Assembly (NCBI GenBank): GCA_018698675.1
Contig: JABIPA010000023.1
Coordinates: forward strand, 106,937-170,936
Reading direction: 5' to 3'
DNA: 64,000 bases
Origin: a bacterium
Lineage (GTDB): Bacteria; Margulisbacteria; Marinamargulisbacteria; JABIPA01
Below the pieces are notes generated by a model. That model had not been told where the DNA came from and ran no database searches. It saw only the letters and a list, made by a program, of their open reading frames with translations. Shown here one piece after another: positions 29,070 through 39,429 of this stretch. How positions within the stretch are numbered: the stretch's first letter is position 1; the number at the start of each line of letters is the position of its first letter. A program made the position numbers and the translations under genes.

Positions 29070-30391
29070 AAAAATCATTTTTAAGGTTTCTTATTATCGG
29101 TGGCGTTTCTACGGCTATAAACTATAGCGTGTTTCATGTTTTCTTAGCTGTCTTTGGCATGCACTATGCAATGTCGTCTGGAGTTGGATACTGTACAGGG
29201 CTTGTTGTGGGATACTTTTTTAATAAGTCATGGACCTTTCAGGCAGCGCGACATTCGGTAGCAGCTATTACACAATATATATGTGTTTACTTAGGCTCTT
29301 TGACCTTAAGTTTAGTCTTGTTATCCTTTCTTATTGAGGGTCTTTCTTTCCCTGCTTGGTTTGCCAATATAATTGCGATAGGGCTTACTACTATTACCAA
29401 TTTCGTAGGGCTTCGATTTTGGGTATTTACACCTGAAAGTGAGTATGAACTTTACATTAAAGATCTTATTTCGGTGTCCCATAAACTGGGTGCGTCTATG
29501 GCGGTTGTTCAGGGCGGCGGCGGCAATACGTCGATAAAATTTGCCGGCCACTATATGGCTGTAAAAGCGTCAGGTACGACATTGTCTACTATGTCGGCAT
29601 CCAAAGGCATTAGTATTGTTGATTATCCCCATGTTTTAAATGGTCTTTCGCCTCATACAACGGAGTCTGAATCAGAAAAAGTGCTAAAAGACAGTGTTGT
29701 TCAGTTACCCACTATGCCTACAGGTAGGCCGTCTATGGAAACGGGGTTTCATGCTGTTTTAGGGCGTGTGGTATTACATACACACTCTGTCTATATCAAT
29801 TGCATTGCCTGTTCTGAAAATGGGCGATCATTATGCGAGTCTCTTTTTAAAGATACTGATATTTTCCCTGTGTGGATTGATTATGTGGCACCTGGCCTCC
29901 AGCTAAGTGTGGCGGTTAAGCAAGCCGTTCAAAAGCAGCCAGACGCGACGGTGTTTATCTTGGCTAGTCATGGCATTGTGGTAACCGCGGAAACATCGAA
30001 AGAGGCGTATGTATTGTATGAATCAGTAACTAAAATCATTAAGACAGGGCTGTCTCTTTCAGATATGACAGAGACCTATACCTTAGAAAAACGAGACGAG
30101 GATCACTATGTGATGCCCTTACCTGATGCCGACGACGTATCGCTTAGAGACGTATTGTTTCCAGACCAAGCGATTTACCTAACGCATAATGTTACTCGAG
30201 AAAAAGAGGGCTTGGTTTTCAAGGCATCCTTGTCTAAAGCAGAGGGAATGGCCGAAACGGTATTAGCAAAGATCTATATCGAATCTGAAATAAACCGACT
30301 GGGTTATACCCCCGTTTCGTTAAACGACGAGGACGTAGCATTAGTACTAAACATGCCAAGCGAGGCATATAGAAAGGCAGTGATTGAATGA
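29063..30391 (+). CDS. GtrA-like flippase domain fused to a class II aldolase/adducin (RhaD-like) domain
   Basis: 4-TM GtrA (RFLIIGG, NKSWTF, FWVF); then GGGGNTS, KASG, RPSMETGFH, HTHS, HG. Confidence 0.82.
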   Translation: MLKKSFLRFLIIGGVSTAINYSVFHVFLAVFGMHYAMSSGVGYCTGLVVGYFFNKSWTFQAARHSVAAITQYICVYLGSLTLSLVLLSFLIEGLSFPAWFANIIAIGLTTITNFVGLRFWVFTPESEYELYIKDLISVSHKLGASMAVVQGGGGNTSIKFAGHYMAVKASGTTLSTMSASKGISIVDYPHVLNGLSPHTTESESEKVLKDSVVQLPTMPTGRPSMETGFHAVLGRVVLHTHSVYINCIACSENGRSLCESLFKDTDIFPVWIDYVAPGLQLSVAVKQAVQKQPDATVFILASHGIVVTAETSKEAYVLYESVTKIIKTGLSLSDMTETYTLEKRDEDHYVMPLPDADDVSLRDVLFPDQAIYLTHNVTREKEGLVFKASLSKAEGMAETVLAKIYIESEINRLGYTPVSLNDEDVALVLNMPSEAYRKAVIE

Positions 30392-31158
30392 AAATTATTA
30401 TTCCTATGACAGGGCTCGGTTCTCGATTTGTATCTGCCGGATACCCCGATATAAAACCTTTAATCCCCATACACGGAACCCCCCTTATCTCGTATGTGAT
30501 AGACCTGTTTCCTGGCGAAGAAGATGTGTCGTTTCTGTGTCGAAAAGACCATTTAGACACAACGCCTCTTAGAAAAACACTAGAAGAGTTAAAGCCGTCA
30601 GGCACCATTATAGAGTTAGAAGGAGAGAAGCTAGGTCCTGTTCATCCCATAACTCAGATGATAGACCAAGTAGACAATAACGAGCCTGTTATTGTAAGTT
30701 ATTGTGATTTTTATATGACTTGGGACTATGCCGACTTTATAAAGTCGGTTACGCGTTCAGGCTGCGATGGCGCTATTCCATGTTACACAGGGTTTCACCC
30801 TCATTTAAGACACGAAAAGAACGTATACGCTGGATGCAAAATAGATGTGGACAAAAAACTCTTAGAAATCAAAGAAAAGCATTCTTTCGAAGCCGACAAA
30901 ACGAAAGGGCATCATTCAGCAGGGATCTATTATTTTAAGCATGCAAAATACATCAAAAAGTATTTTTCTCAGCTTATGGAAGAGAACAACCGCGTTAATA
31001 ACGAATTTTATGTGTCTATGGTGTATGAATGTATGTTGAGAGACAATTTACAAATAGACGTATACGATGACATTCCTCATTTTTGTCAGTGGGGTGTGCC
31101 CATGGACTTAGAAGAATATCTCTATGCAGCAGGCTCAATCAAGGGGTGGGAATCATGA
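30388..31158 (+). CDS. Sugar nucleotidyltransferase (NTP transferase family)
   Basis: IIIPMTGLGSRF, KPLI, YCD, NEFYV. Confidence 0.82.
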   Translation: MKIIIPMTGLGSRFVSAGYPDIKPLIPIHGTPLISYVIDLFPGEEDVSFLCRKDHLDTTPLRKTLEELKPSGTIIELEGEKLGPVHPITQMIDQVDNNEPVIVSYCDFYMTWDYADFIKSVTRSGCDGAIPCYTGFHPHLRHEKNVYAGCKIDVDKKLLEIKEKHSFEADKTKGHHSAGIYYFKHAKYIKKYFSQLMEENNRVNNEFYVSMVYECMLRDNLQIDVYDDIPHFCQWGVPMDLEEYLYAAGSIKGWES

Positions 31159-31916
31159 AAATACTTATTCCAATGGCAGGTGCCGGTCAGCGTTTTAAAG
31201 ATGCAGGGTACGAACAATCCAAACCCGTTATTCCAGTTAACGGACTACCTATGGTTGTACAGGCAACCAAAGCGCTTCCAAAATCAGAAGATCCAATTTT
31301 TGTATGCCGAAATTTTCATCTAGAAGAAGGTGTGGATAAGATCATAAAGGCCTACTACACACAAGCTACATTTGTTCCTGTAGATCGTTTAACAGAGGGC
31401 CAAGCGTCTACTTGTTTGTTGGCAAAAGACAGTATAAACACAGACGAATCTCTTATGATTGGCGCCTGCGACAATGCCATGATTTGGAATAAAAAGGCAT
31501 TCGAAGACGTCTGTCGCGAGTCAGACTGTGTTGTATGGACTTTTAGAAACTGTATTAGTGTGGTGGAAAAGCCAGAGCAATATGGTTGGATGAAGGTAGA
31601 CGACAGCGGCTGTGTTACGGGCACTTCTATTAAAGTACCAATCAGCAATACACCTAAGCAAGACCACGCAGTAGTGGGCTCGTTTTGGTTTAAAAAAGGG
31701 TCCGACTTTGTAGACGCCGCAGAAGAAATGATTGCTAGAAACGATCGTATCAACGGCGAGTTTTACGTAGACAAATGTATCGATTATATGCTTGAGGCGG
31801 GTAAGACAGTACGTGTATTTGAAGTAGATTATTATATAGGGTGGGGTACTCCAGACGACTTAAAAACGTGGGAATACTGGCGGTCTTTTTTTAAGGAGAA
31901 CTCATGGCTAAAATAG
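31155..31916 (+). CDS. Sugar nucleotidyltransferase (NTP transferase family), second paralog
   Basis: ILIPMAGAGQRF, EGQASTC, ACD, NGEFYVD, WGTPDDL; start at the ATGA overlap 31155. Confidence 0.82.
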   Translation: MKILIPMAGAGQRFKDAGYEQSKPVIPVNGLPMVVQATKALPKSEDPIFVCRNFHLEEGVDKIIKAYYTQATFVPVDRLTEGQASTCLLAKDSINTDESLMIGACDNAMIWNKKAFEDVCRESDCVVWTFRNCISVVEKPEQYGWMKVDDSGCVTGTSIKVPISNTPKQDHAVVGSFWFKKGSDFVDAAEEMIARNDRINGEFYVDKCIDYMLEAGKTVRVFEVDYYIGWGTPDDLKTWEYWRSFFKENSWLK

Positions 31917-32614
31917 CATTATCGATCGTATTACCTTGTTATAACGAGTCGGGTAATATTCCATTTATTATCGAGCGATTTTCGGCCATTTTACCGAGTG
32001 ATTTGGCCGTGGAAGTTATTTTGGTTAATAACGGGTCTAGTGATGATTCTAAAATCATATTCGAACAAGAACTTTCTAAACAAAATGACGCTCGATTTAA
32101 GGTGGTAGATGTTCCTGTAAACAAAGGATATGGACATGGCATATTAGAAGGACTAAAGGGAGCTTCTGGCGACGCGTTTTCCTGGACGCATGCCGATATG
32201 CAGACAGATCCTGCCGACGTTATTAAAGCGTACCGCGTTTGGAAAGAGAGTGGCGGCGAATCTGTTTTTGTAAAAGGAAAACGGTTAAATCGTGCTTGGG
32301 TAGAAGCTTTTTTTACATTTGGAATGCAGGTGTTTACTTTGTTTGTGTTACGCATAAATTTAAACGACATCAACGCCCAACCCAAAGTATTTGGGCGTGG
32401 CTTTTACACAGACGTTTTAAAAGAAGGTGCTCCTCAAGATTTTTCCTTAGACCTCTATGCCTACTATCATGGTAAAAAGAAACTCACGCTTAAAACCATC
32501 CCCGTTTACTTTAACAAACGGTTACATGGCGAGGCTAAGGGTGGCGGAAGCTTTAAAACAAGGCTTAAATTAATTGATAGAACCATACGTTACATATGGC
32601 AGTTAAAGCTATAA
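31904..32614 (+). CDS. GT2 polyprenyl-phosphate glycosyltransferase (GtrB/DPM1-like)
   Basis: SIVLPCYNE, NNGSSD, NKGYG, THADMQ. Confidence 0.88.
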   Translation: MAKIALSIVLPCYNESGNIPFIIERFSAILPSDLAVEVILVNNGSSDDSKIIFEQELSKQNDARFKVVDVPVNKGYGHGILEGLKGASGDAFSWTHADMQTDPADVIKAYRVWKESGGESVFVKGKRLNRAWVEAFFTFGMQVFTLFVLRINLNDINAQPKVFGRGFYTDVLKEGAPQDFSLDLYAYYHGKKKLTLKTIPVYFNKRLHGEAKGGGSFKTRLKLIDRTIRYIWQLKL

Positions 32615-32687
32615 CGGATGTCTTTACAACGGTCTGTTCAACTGCAAAGGAACATGTATGTTTTTCATATCAGCTACTATATATAAA

Positions 32688-33260
32688 CTATCGATGTAGT
32701 TCTTGATAAATCCTAAACGAGACGACAGCATCACATGCTGCATACGATATCTGCGCAGGCGTAAGGGTTGGTTGCGCCCAATTAGATGTTTTTGCCGTTT
32801 TTGATAAACGCTTTTTTAGAAAAATCGCAGTAAGTGCTCGCAACCCAAAACAAGTTATATTCTTTTCTTTTGCAACATCAGCGAGATCAATAAAACTATT
32901 TGCGGTAAATGGATATAGCTTTTCTAATGCTTTAATATCGTCTCTAATTGCGACACCTGTCTTAACGATATTTTCGTCTTCTAAAATACTGGCAAGTTCG
33001 TATTTAAATGGAAATTTATTTAGTCTAAAAAGGTAAGCATTGGTTTTCGTGGCAAATTGTAAAAGTGAAACAGGATGACTTTCGCCTTTTCTAAACGATG
33101 GACGTGTTTCTGTATCAAAGCCAAGAATAGGTTCCTTTTTCAACTCTTTAATTGCTTTTAAAGCATCTTTTTTTGACTCAATGAGAGTAATACTCCCATT
33201 AAAACTATATAAAGGGAGCTTATTAATATCTTCTTTTTGTATTGAAAGTTGGTTGTTCAT
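32688..33260 (-). CDS. DEDDy 3'-5' exonuclease
   Basis: GFDTETRP, LLQFA, SNW, YAACDA. Confidence 0.9.
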   Translation of the reverse strand: MNNQLSIQKEDINKLPLYSFNGSITLIESKKDALKAIKELKKEPILGFDTETRPSFRKGESHPVSLLQFATKTNAYLFRLNKFPFKYELASILEDENIVKTGVAIRDDIKALEKLYPFTANSFIDLADVAKEKNITCFGLRALTAIFLKKRLSKTAKTSNWAQPTLTPAQISYAACDAVVSFRIYQELHR

Positions 33261-33298
33261 AGTTATAGTTGATTTAGTTATTTCTAGTGACTAAGGAT

Positions 33299-33754
33299 CT
33301 ATTTAAAGATTTCTATCCCTTCCGCAGTAATTCGTATTTTACCTCTTTTATATAGATTGCCAATAGCTTGCTTAAAAACCATTTTACTAACTTGAAATTC
33401 ATTTCTAATATCTTCAGGAGAACTTTTGTCATTAAAAGGGGACTTTCCTCCGAGTTCCTCAAGATGTTGCATTAATTTGTCAGCTGTTGAAAAAACGTGG
33501 TCACCTTTTTTTGGTTGCAATGATACGTCGATTCTTCCGTCTTCTCTAATACATTTAATATAGGCTTTGAGCCTTTCTCCTTCTTGGTAGTTACCATAAA
33601 CCTGATTTCCGTAAATCAATCCTGTATATTCATTGTTAATTACTACCGTAATGCCTAAATCGGAAAAGGAGTAAATTTCTATATCCACTTCTTGCCATGG
33701 TATAAAAACTCCCGGCTCGACAGTGTACTTTAATTCTTCAAAATTATATTCCAT
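33299..33754 (-). CDS. CvfB-like S1 / winged-helix RNA-binding protein (short form)
   Basis: AYIKCIREDGRIDVSL, DKSSPEDI...SKMVFKQAIGNLYK. Confidence 0.8.
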   Translation of the reverse strand: MEYNFEELKYTVEPGVFIPWQEVDIEIYSFSDLGITVVINNEYTGLIYGNQVYGNYQEGERLKAYIKCIREDGRIDVSLQPKKGDHVFSTADKLMQHLEELGGKSPFNDKSSPEDIRNEFQVSKMVFKQAIGNLYKRGKIRITAEGIEIFK

Positions 33755-33924
33755 TTTATTTCCTTGTTTTACTGTTTCTTTTGCGGCTAAGTTAACCTAT
33801 CTTTTCGTTTGCATTAGTATAAATTTGTCTGTCTTTTTTTGCAAAGTTTTAAACAAACAATATGTTGATTTTTCAATTATCAGATTTAGTAGCTGAAAAT
33901 ATAGATCTCTATTAAAATAACGAA

Positions 33925-35124
33925 ATGAGTTTATCAGCTAGCAGGGAAAAAAGATTATTGTTTACCCTCGCACTTATTCATTTCGTCCATATTTTAGATT
34001 TTATGGTGATGATGCCTTTAGGACCCCACTTTATTCGAGATTTTGCTATAAATGCCGGACTATTTAGTTTTCTAATTTCGGCCTATACGGTAAGTGCCGG
34101 AGTAGCAGGTTTTATTGGCTCTTTTTTTCTAGATAAAGTAGAGCGAAAAAAAACTTTAGTGTTGAGCCTTAGTGGCTTTACTGTTGGAACTCTATTTTGT
34201 GCACTATCACCAACTTACATTATCTTGTTTGTATCCCGAATCATTACTGGTTTTTTTGGTGGAATATTAGCTTCGCTAGTTTTAGCTATTTTAGGTGACG
34301 TCATTCCTTCCCATCGTAGAGGAAACGCGATGGGCATGGTGATGAGTTCTTTTTCAATTGCGAGTATTGTCGGAGTTCCCTGTGGTCTCTTTCTTTCAAA
34401 TATATGGTCATGGACAGCCCCTTTCTATTTGTTATTTGGAACAGGGCTTATAACTATTCTATTGGCTATTAAAACGGTTCCGAGTTGTAACCTTCATTTA
34501 GAAGAGGATAACAATACGGAACTAGCAATTGTTAAAGTATTTAAAAATAAAAACCTGAGATCTTCGTTGGCATTAACCTTGTCTATCATGCTTGGACAAT
34601 TCGCGGTCGTTCCACTCATAAGTACCTATATGGTCACAAATGTTGGATTTACAGCGCATAATTTAACGTATGTATATATCTTTGGAGGGCTTGCTGCCAT
34701 GATTATGTCTCCGATTAGTGGTAAATTAGGAGATCGGTTTGGAAAGTTTCCAGTGTTTATGATCTTTTCGATTCTATGTATGATTCCACTTTTAGTTATT
34801 ACACAGTTAGGGCTTTATTCATCTTTGGTGATTCCTCTGATATTCACTTCACTACTATTTTTATGTTCGACAGGGCGAATGGTGTGTGGCATGGCCCTAA
34901 TTATTTCTAGCGTTGGGTCAAAGCAGAGAGGAGGCTTTATGAGTATTAATACTTCCGTACAGCAATTATCTGCGGGTGCAGCTTCTTTTATTGGTGGGAT
35001 AATTATTCATCAATTACCATCAGGAAAAATTATTAATTATGACTACGTCGGGTATTGGGCTGTGTCTTTTGCGATTCTTTCCATTATAGCGGCTTCTCGA
35101 GTAAAGCAAGTAGAATCTAACTAG
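33925..35124 (+). CDS. MFS transporter
   Basis: 12 TM; LDFMVMMPLGP, DKVERK, GKLGDRFG. Confidence 0.92.
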   Translation: MSLSASREKRLLFTLALIHFVHILDFMVMMPLGPHFIRDFAINAGLFSFLISAYTVSAGVAGFIGSFFLDKVERKKTLVLSLSGFTVGTLFCALSPTYIILFVSRIITGFFGGILASLVLAILGDVIPSHRRGNAMGMVMSSFSIASIVGVPCGLFLSNIWSWTAPFYLLFGTGLITILLAIKTVPSCNLHLEEDNNTELAIVKVFKNKNLRSSLALTLSIMLGQFAVVPLISTYMVTNVGFTAHNLTYVYIFGGLAAMIMSPISGKLGDRFGKFPVFMIFSILCMIPLLVITQLGLYSSLVIPLIFTSLLFLCSTGRMVCGMALIISSVGSKQRGGFMSINTSVQQLSAGAASFIGGIIIHQLPSGKIINYDYVGYWAVSFAILSIIAASRVKQVESN

Positions 35125-35381
35125 AAATAACTTATATATAGTTAATCGGTTTCGGGTTTTTTCTGTATTTAAAGAAAATATTGTCTTTTAAAGTTAAAAA
35201 TTAGTCTCTTTGCAAGTAGTGAAAATTATTTTTTTTTGTATCAAAAATATGCCTTTTAGAGGTGCGATATACTCATTAAATAAATAATCGATCTCAAGAG
35301 GTAGTATCTATTGGCCTTTTTAAGTTATAATAGCCTTGATTTTAAGTTTTAAGAAAGTATTTCGAAGAGGAGAACATTATT

Positions 35382-35585
35382 ATGGCAATTGGAAAAGTAA
35401 AATGGTTTAATGAAGAAAAAGGTTTTGGATTTATTGAAAGAGAAGAAGGTAAGGATGTATTCGTTCACATTCGTGCAATTCAAACTCCAGGAATTAATGC
35501 ATTACAAGAAGGCCAAGAAGTAGAATTCGAAGTTGAAGACGGTCAAAAAGGACCTCAAGCAGTTAACGTTCTAATTCAAGACTAA
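35382..35585 (+). CDS. cspA: Cold-shock protein
   Basis: [27 protein letters not shown]. Confidence 0.95.
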   Translation: MAIGKVKWFNEEKGFGFIEREEGKDVFVHIRAIQTPGINALQEGQEVEFEVEDGQKGPQAVNVLIQD

Positions 35586-35629
35586 AAAAACCGCATTTAA
35601 CAGTTTATCTGTTAAGTAAATAAAAATTA

Positions 35630-35682
35630 TGTCAGCTAGCTACGGAATTCAAATTGAATTCCAGCTGCTGACATTTTTTTTG
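35630..35682 (+). terminator. Intrinsic terminator after the cold-shock gene
   Basis: TGTCAGC...GAATTCAAATTGAATTC...GCTGACA followed by a T tract. Confidence 0.65.
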
Positions 35683-35867
35683 AATTTCACTCCCATAAAA
35701 ATACTTTAAATATTAAATCTTTATCCTTCTATTTCACTATCCTGATATTGTTCTTGTATTTACATCTATACTATTTCTTTCACATTTTAAGATAAAAGCA
35801 TATACTCTTGAATCTATATGTATCATATTTAAATACATATTTTTGACTAAAATAATTGAGGTGTACT

Positions 35868-36251
35868 ATGGGTTTTAATGGTAATAAAAGTAAAAATAGA
35901 TCGGGGTTTCGTCCCGAACAACGATCCGGTTTTCGTTCCGAAGGTTCAGGGCAAAAGAGTTATTCTAGCGGAGGAGGTCGAGATTCAGGGAATAAGATGC
36001 TGACAAAAGCTACCTGTGATTCTTGCGGATCTTATTGCAAAGTTCCGTTTAAACCGTCTGGAGAGAAGCCTGTTTATTGTAATGACTGTTATCGAAAGAA
36101 TGGCGCGTTTTCAGATTCAAAACCAGCTCGGTTTGGACAATCTTTTGGTTCAAATAGAAATGAAAGCGGGGCTGAAAGTAAAGGATCTGGTGCTGATTTA
36201 GATCAAATTAATGCAAAACTGGACCGAATTCTTCGACTATTAGAAGACTAA
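35868..36251 (+). CDS. CxxC-x17-CxxC domain protein
   Basis: CDSC-x17-CNDC with VPFKPSGEKPVY; RBS GAGGTG before ATG 35868. Confidence 0.88.
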   Translation: MGFNGNKSKNRSGFRPEQRSGFRSEGSGQKSYSSGGGRDSGNKMLTKATCDSCGSYCKVPFKPSGEKPVYCNDCYRKNGAFSDSKPARFGQSFGSNRNESGAESKGSGADLDQINAKLDRILRLLED

Positions 36252-36279
36252 ACTCTATTTTAGAATAATAAGTTGATAG

Positions 36280-36320
36280 ATATCCAATAGCCTTATACTA
36301 GGGTTATTGGGTATTTTTTA
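36280..36320 (+). terminator. Intrinsic terminator
   Basis: ATATCCAATAGCCT...GGGTTATTGGGTAT followed by a T tract. Confidence 0.6.
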
Positions 36321-36501
36321 TTCTTTCTCTTTTTACTACTCTCCATTAGAAACAAAATATTTTCATACAATGGATACGCTGACCACATCAATTCCTAATA
36401 CACTTATATTTAATACGAATGATTTATTTTGCTAAACTCTCAAAATTTGTACCAATTTAAATTAATTAAAGAACGTTCACCCTGTGCTAAACTATCCAAC
36501 T

Positions 36502-37500
36502 ATGGATTCACTTTCTCAACTTGTTCTAGGTGCGGCTATCGGGTATGCAGTTGCAGGTAAAAAAATGGGTAAACAAGCACTTCTTTGGGGAGCATTTTCT
36601 GGAACATTACCCGATTTGGACTTTATACCAACTCTTCCATTTAATGACGAGTTTGTTTATTTAAAGCATCATAGAGGCTTTAGCCATTCAATCCTTGGAG
36701 CATTAGTGATGTCGCCTTTATTAGCGTTGGCATTCAGTAGATTAAAAAAGACGTTGAGATTTATACCACTCTTTAATATTTTCTTATGGGGAATCCTATC
36801 TCATTTATTACTCGATTGTTTTACAACTTGGGGAACTCAGGTGTTTTGGCCGTTATCTACTCGAGTCTCGTGGAACACAATATTTATTGTAGATCCACTG
36901 TATACACTACCGCTGGTAGGCTCTGTTTTTGCGACCTGTTTTTATAAGTCACATCATGTTCGAAAACGTGTTGTTATGATTGGGTTAATAGTAAGCTCTT
37001 TTTACTTAATATGGGCGATAGGTGTGAAGCAATACTTGAACCCACAGTTTGAAGCTTTGTTTAGTCATCATAAATTAGACGTGATTAGGTATACGACACG
37101 ACCGACGGCATTTAACTCTATTCTATGGTCAACAACTGCAGAAACTTCCTCAGGGTATTATTATGGACAAATTTCCTTATTGGATTCGACATTCCAAGGA
37201 CCTCTCTATTTTTTCAAGAAGAATCATCATTTGCCTGACAAATTTAATGAGAAAAAGGTGCAAGAACTTATAAGTTATACTAAAGGTTATTATTCAATCA
37301 CCGATCAAAAAAATTCTCTTTATATACACGATTTTCGATATGGATATTTGGGAGACCCTTGGCTAAACACTCCCAAACCAGTATTCGCATATCTTCTTGA
37401 AAAAGAGGGTGGGGCCTTGCTTTTATCGGTTGATAACCCAAGACCAGAAAATGGGCCTGATTTACTTAAACAAGTATGGAACAGGCTAAAGGGTATTTGA
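36502..37500 (+). CDS. YdjM-like membrane metal-dependent hydrolase
   Basis: MDSLSQ, LPDLD, HRGFSHS, HLLLD..TTWGT, IFIVDP. Confidence 0.88.
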   Translation: MDSLSQLVLGAAIGYAVAGKKMGKQALLWGAFSGTLPDLDFIPTLPFNDEFVYLKHHRGFSHSILGALVMSPLLALAFSRLKKTLRFIPLFNIFLWGILSHLLLDCFTTWGTQVFWPLSTRVSWNTIFIVDPLYTLPLVGSVFATCFYKSHHVRKRVVMIGLIVSSFYLIWAIGVKQYLNPQFEALFSHHKLDVIRYTTRPTAFNSILWSTTAETSSGYYYGQISLLDSTFQGPLYFFKKNHHLPDKFNEKKVQELISYTKGYYSITDQKNSLYIHDFRYGYLGDPWLNTPKPVFAYLLEKEGGALLLSVDNPRPENGPDLLKQVWNRLKGI

Positions 37501-37621
37501 AAACGCATTCAGGGCCCTTTTCAATAGACCTATGACTAAATTAATTTACAGAAGGAATATGAGACAGAAAATTTTTTGATTTAGCTAACGAGCAGTAAGT
37601 GAATTCTAGATAGACGACTTT

Positions 37622-38122
37622 TTATCGAAAACCTTTAAATTCGGATTTTCTATGATGAGGAATTCCATTTTCTAAGTAAAATTTAAATTCCTCGCATAAG
37701 TGATCGGCTACTACGGATAGTTTTTTCCTTATAACTGGTTTCAATAATGAACCGAGTATACCTCTAGGGTCCAATTGAAATTCAAATATGGCTGTCGTTT
37801 GATTTGGTCCGATTTTTTCCAAAGACCATAATCCAATCGCGGTTTTGGCTATAGAAGGGATCCCTTTAGTAATATGGTATGCAATTGAGTGAGATTCAGG
37901 ATCGTACATATCTATTATGTGAATCGTTTCTCCTCTGTTGGTGACGGTAATTCGTCGTGAAAAAGAGAGTCCCGGAAATTCGGCATCTCCAGCAGGCTTT
38001 GAGTGACTAAAGGTGCTGGACCATATATGTACTTCAGCGAATTGCTTACCCAAAACGACCCAAGCAGAGTTAATATCTTTGTTAATTGTTACCTTTTTTA
38101 TAACGGTTACAGTGCGTCCCAT
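37622..38122 (-). CDS. SRPBCC/START-like family protein
   Basis: AWVVLGKQFAEVHIWS N-terminus and EEFKFYLENG C-terminal helix. Confidence 0.72.
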   Translation of the reverse strand: MGRTVTVIKKVTINKDINSAWVVLGKQFAEVHIWSSTFSHSKPAGDAEFPGLSFSRRITVTNRGETIHIIDMYDPESHSIAYHITKGIPSIAKTAIGLWSLEKIGPNQTTAIFEFQLDPRGILGSLLKPVIRKKLSVVADHLCEEFKFYLENGIPHHRKSEFKGFR

Positions 38123-38194
38123 TTTTTAAACCGATTCCAAACTTTTATTCATAGCCGACTATTATAGCTTATCTTTCTGTATTAGGTATAAACG

Positions 38195-39367
38195 TTATTT
38201 ATTTTCATCCACACGAGGTCCAAAAAATAATCGAGTATATGTAAATATAAACCCACTAAACGCACATATCCATGCTATTTGAGAAAATATCATAAATAAT
38301 ATGTACCTAGTTGGAAAAATAAGTGGGCAAAAAACTCTCAAAATAAAACCAGCAACTAACAACATAAACAGATACCCAACTAGTTTAGGAGGGGATTGAA
38401 TGCTTCTGCCTGTATGTCCCCAAGATACTCGGGACATCATACCTAGGGTACTAAGCCCAATTCCTCCATAAGCAAATGAGTGAACGGATAGATGGGCTCC
38501 AATTCCGTGGGTATAGCTAAGAACCTTCAAAACAAATCCGATAACAATACTTGTATATGCAAGATACAGAACCCATAAGAGGGGTTTTTTCCAAATACCG
38601 GGAGTATACCACCCATACAACCGGATGATTAAAATGATCGCAATAATACCTGCAGAAACAGCGGAATAAATAGAATAAGTATCCCAAATATCAAAAGCAA
38701 AAAAGCTGACAAAAGAAATAAGGCTCGCGATAGTCATGAATGGGAATTTTTTTAGTTTTACTGGATACCCAACTCCTTTTTCAATAAAAAAGGGGATGAC
38801 GCGTCCACCAATTAAAACGATAAGGGCGACAACCATATACAGCGCGGAGTAAAGACCTATTCTTATTCCACCAGGAATAGCACCTGTGACACCCAAGTAA
38901 AAAATGATGTTACTTGATAATAAAAAGGCTAATTTTATAATGACTCCAAAGTTTCGCCATTGTTTAGACTTAATGATCGGGCGAATCAATATGACGAAAA
39001 GCAATAGTATAAATAAAGTGTCTGAAATAATTGGAAAAATAAGAGGTAACCATTCTGTAAACATCAACACTCTTGATGTAATCCAAGGGATAGTAAGTAA
39101 TAGTAAAGGGACACCTTTTATAGTATTAAAACCTGTCCAATTTTTAACAGCGGTTAGTAGAAAACCGGCGATAACCGCCAAGCTGTATCCAAAAATCATT
39201 TCGTGAGCGTGCCAATAGACAGAAGGAATATTAGTGGGTCTAAGATCGAGAAAGAAGGAGTAAATTCCCATCCAAAGAAATACCGACAAAACAGCGTAAA
39301 TTCCTGCTAGGAAGAAGAATGGTCTAAAGCCAACAGACAAAAATGATTTTAAATTAAGACTCATCAA
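38195..39367 (-). CDS. nnrS: NnrS family membrane protein
   Basis: GFRPFF, WHAHEMIFG, GFLLTAVKNWTG, GGRVIPFF, RVSWGHTGR. Confidence 0.93.
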   Translation of the reverse strand: MMSLNLKSFLSVGFRPFFFLAGIYAVLSVFLWMGIYSFFLDLRPTNIPSVYWHAHEMIFGYSLAVIAGFLLTAVKNWTGFNTIKGVPLLLLTIPWITSRVLMFTEWLPLIFPIISDTLFILLLFVILIRPIIKSKQWRNFGVIIKLAFLLSSNIIFYLGVTGAIPGGIRIGLYSALYMVVALIVLIGGRVIPFFIEKGVGYPVKLKKFPFMTIASLISFVSFFAFDIWDTYSIYSAVSAGIIAIILIIRLYGWYTPGIWKKPLLWVLYLAYTSIVIGFVLKVLSYTHGIGAHLSVHSFAYGGIGLSTLGMMSRVSWGHTGRSIQSPPKLVGYLFMLLVAGFILRVFCPLIFPTRYILFMIFSQIAWICAFSGFIFTYTRLFFGPRVDENK

Positions 39368-39429
39368 GATACATTATAGCCTATTAAATAGATGGGTAAA
39401 GAGGGTGCGATTAGTGAAGACTGTCGCGC

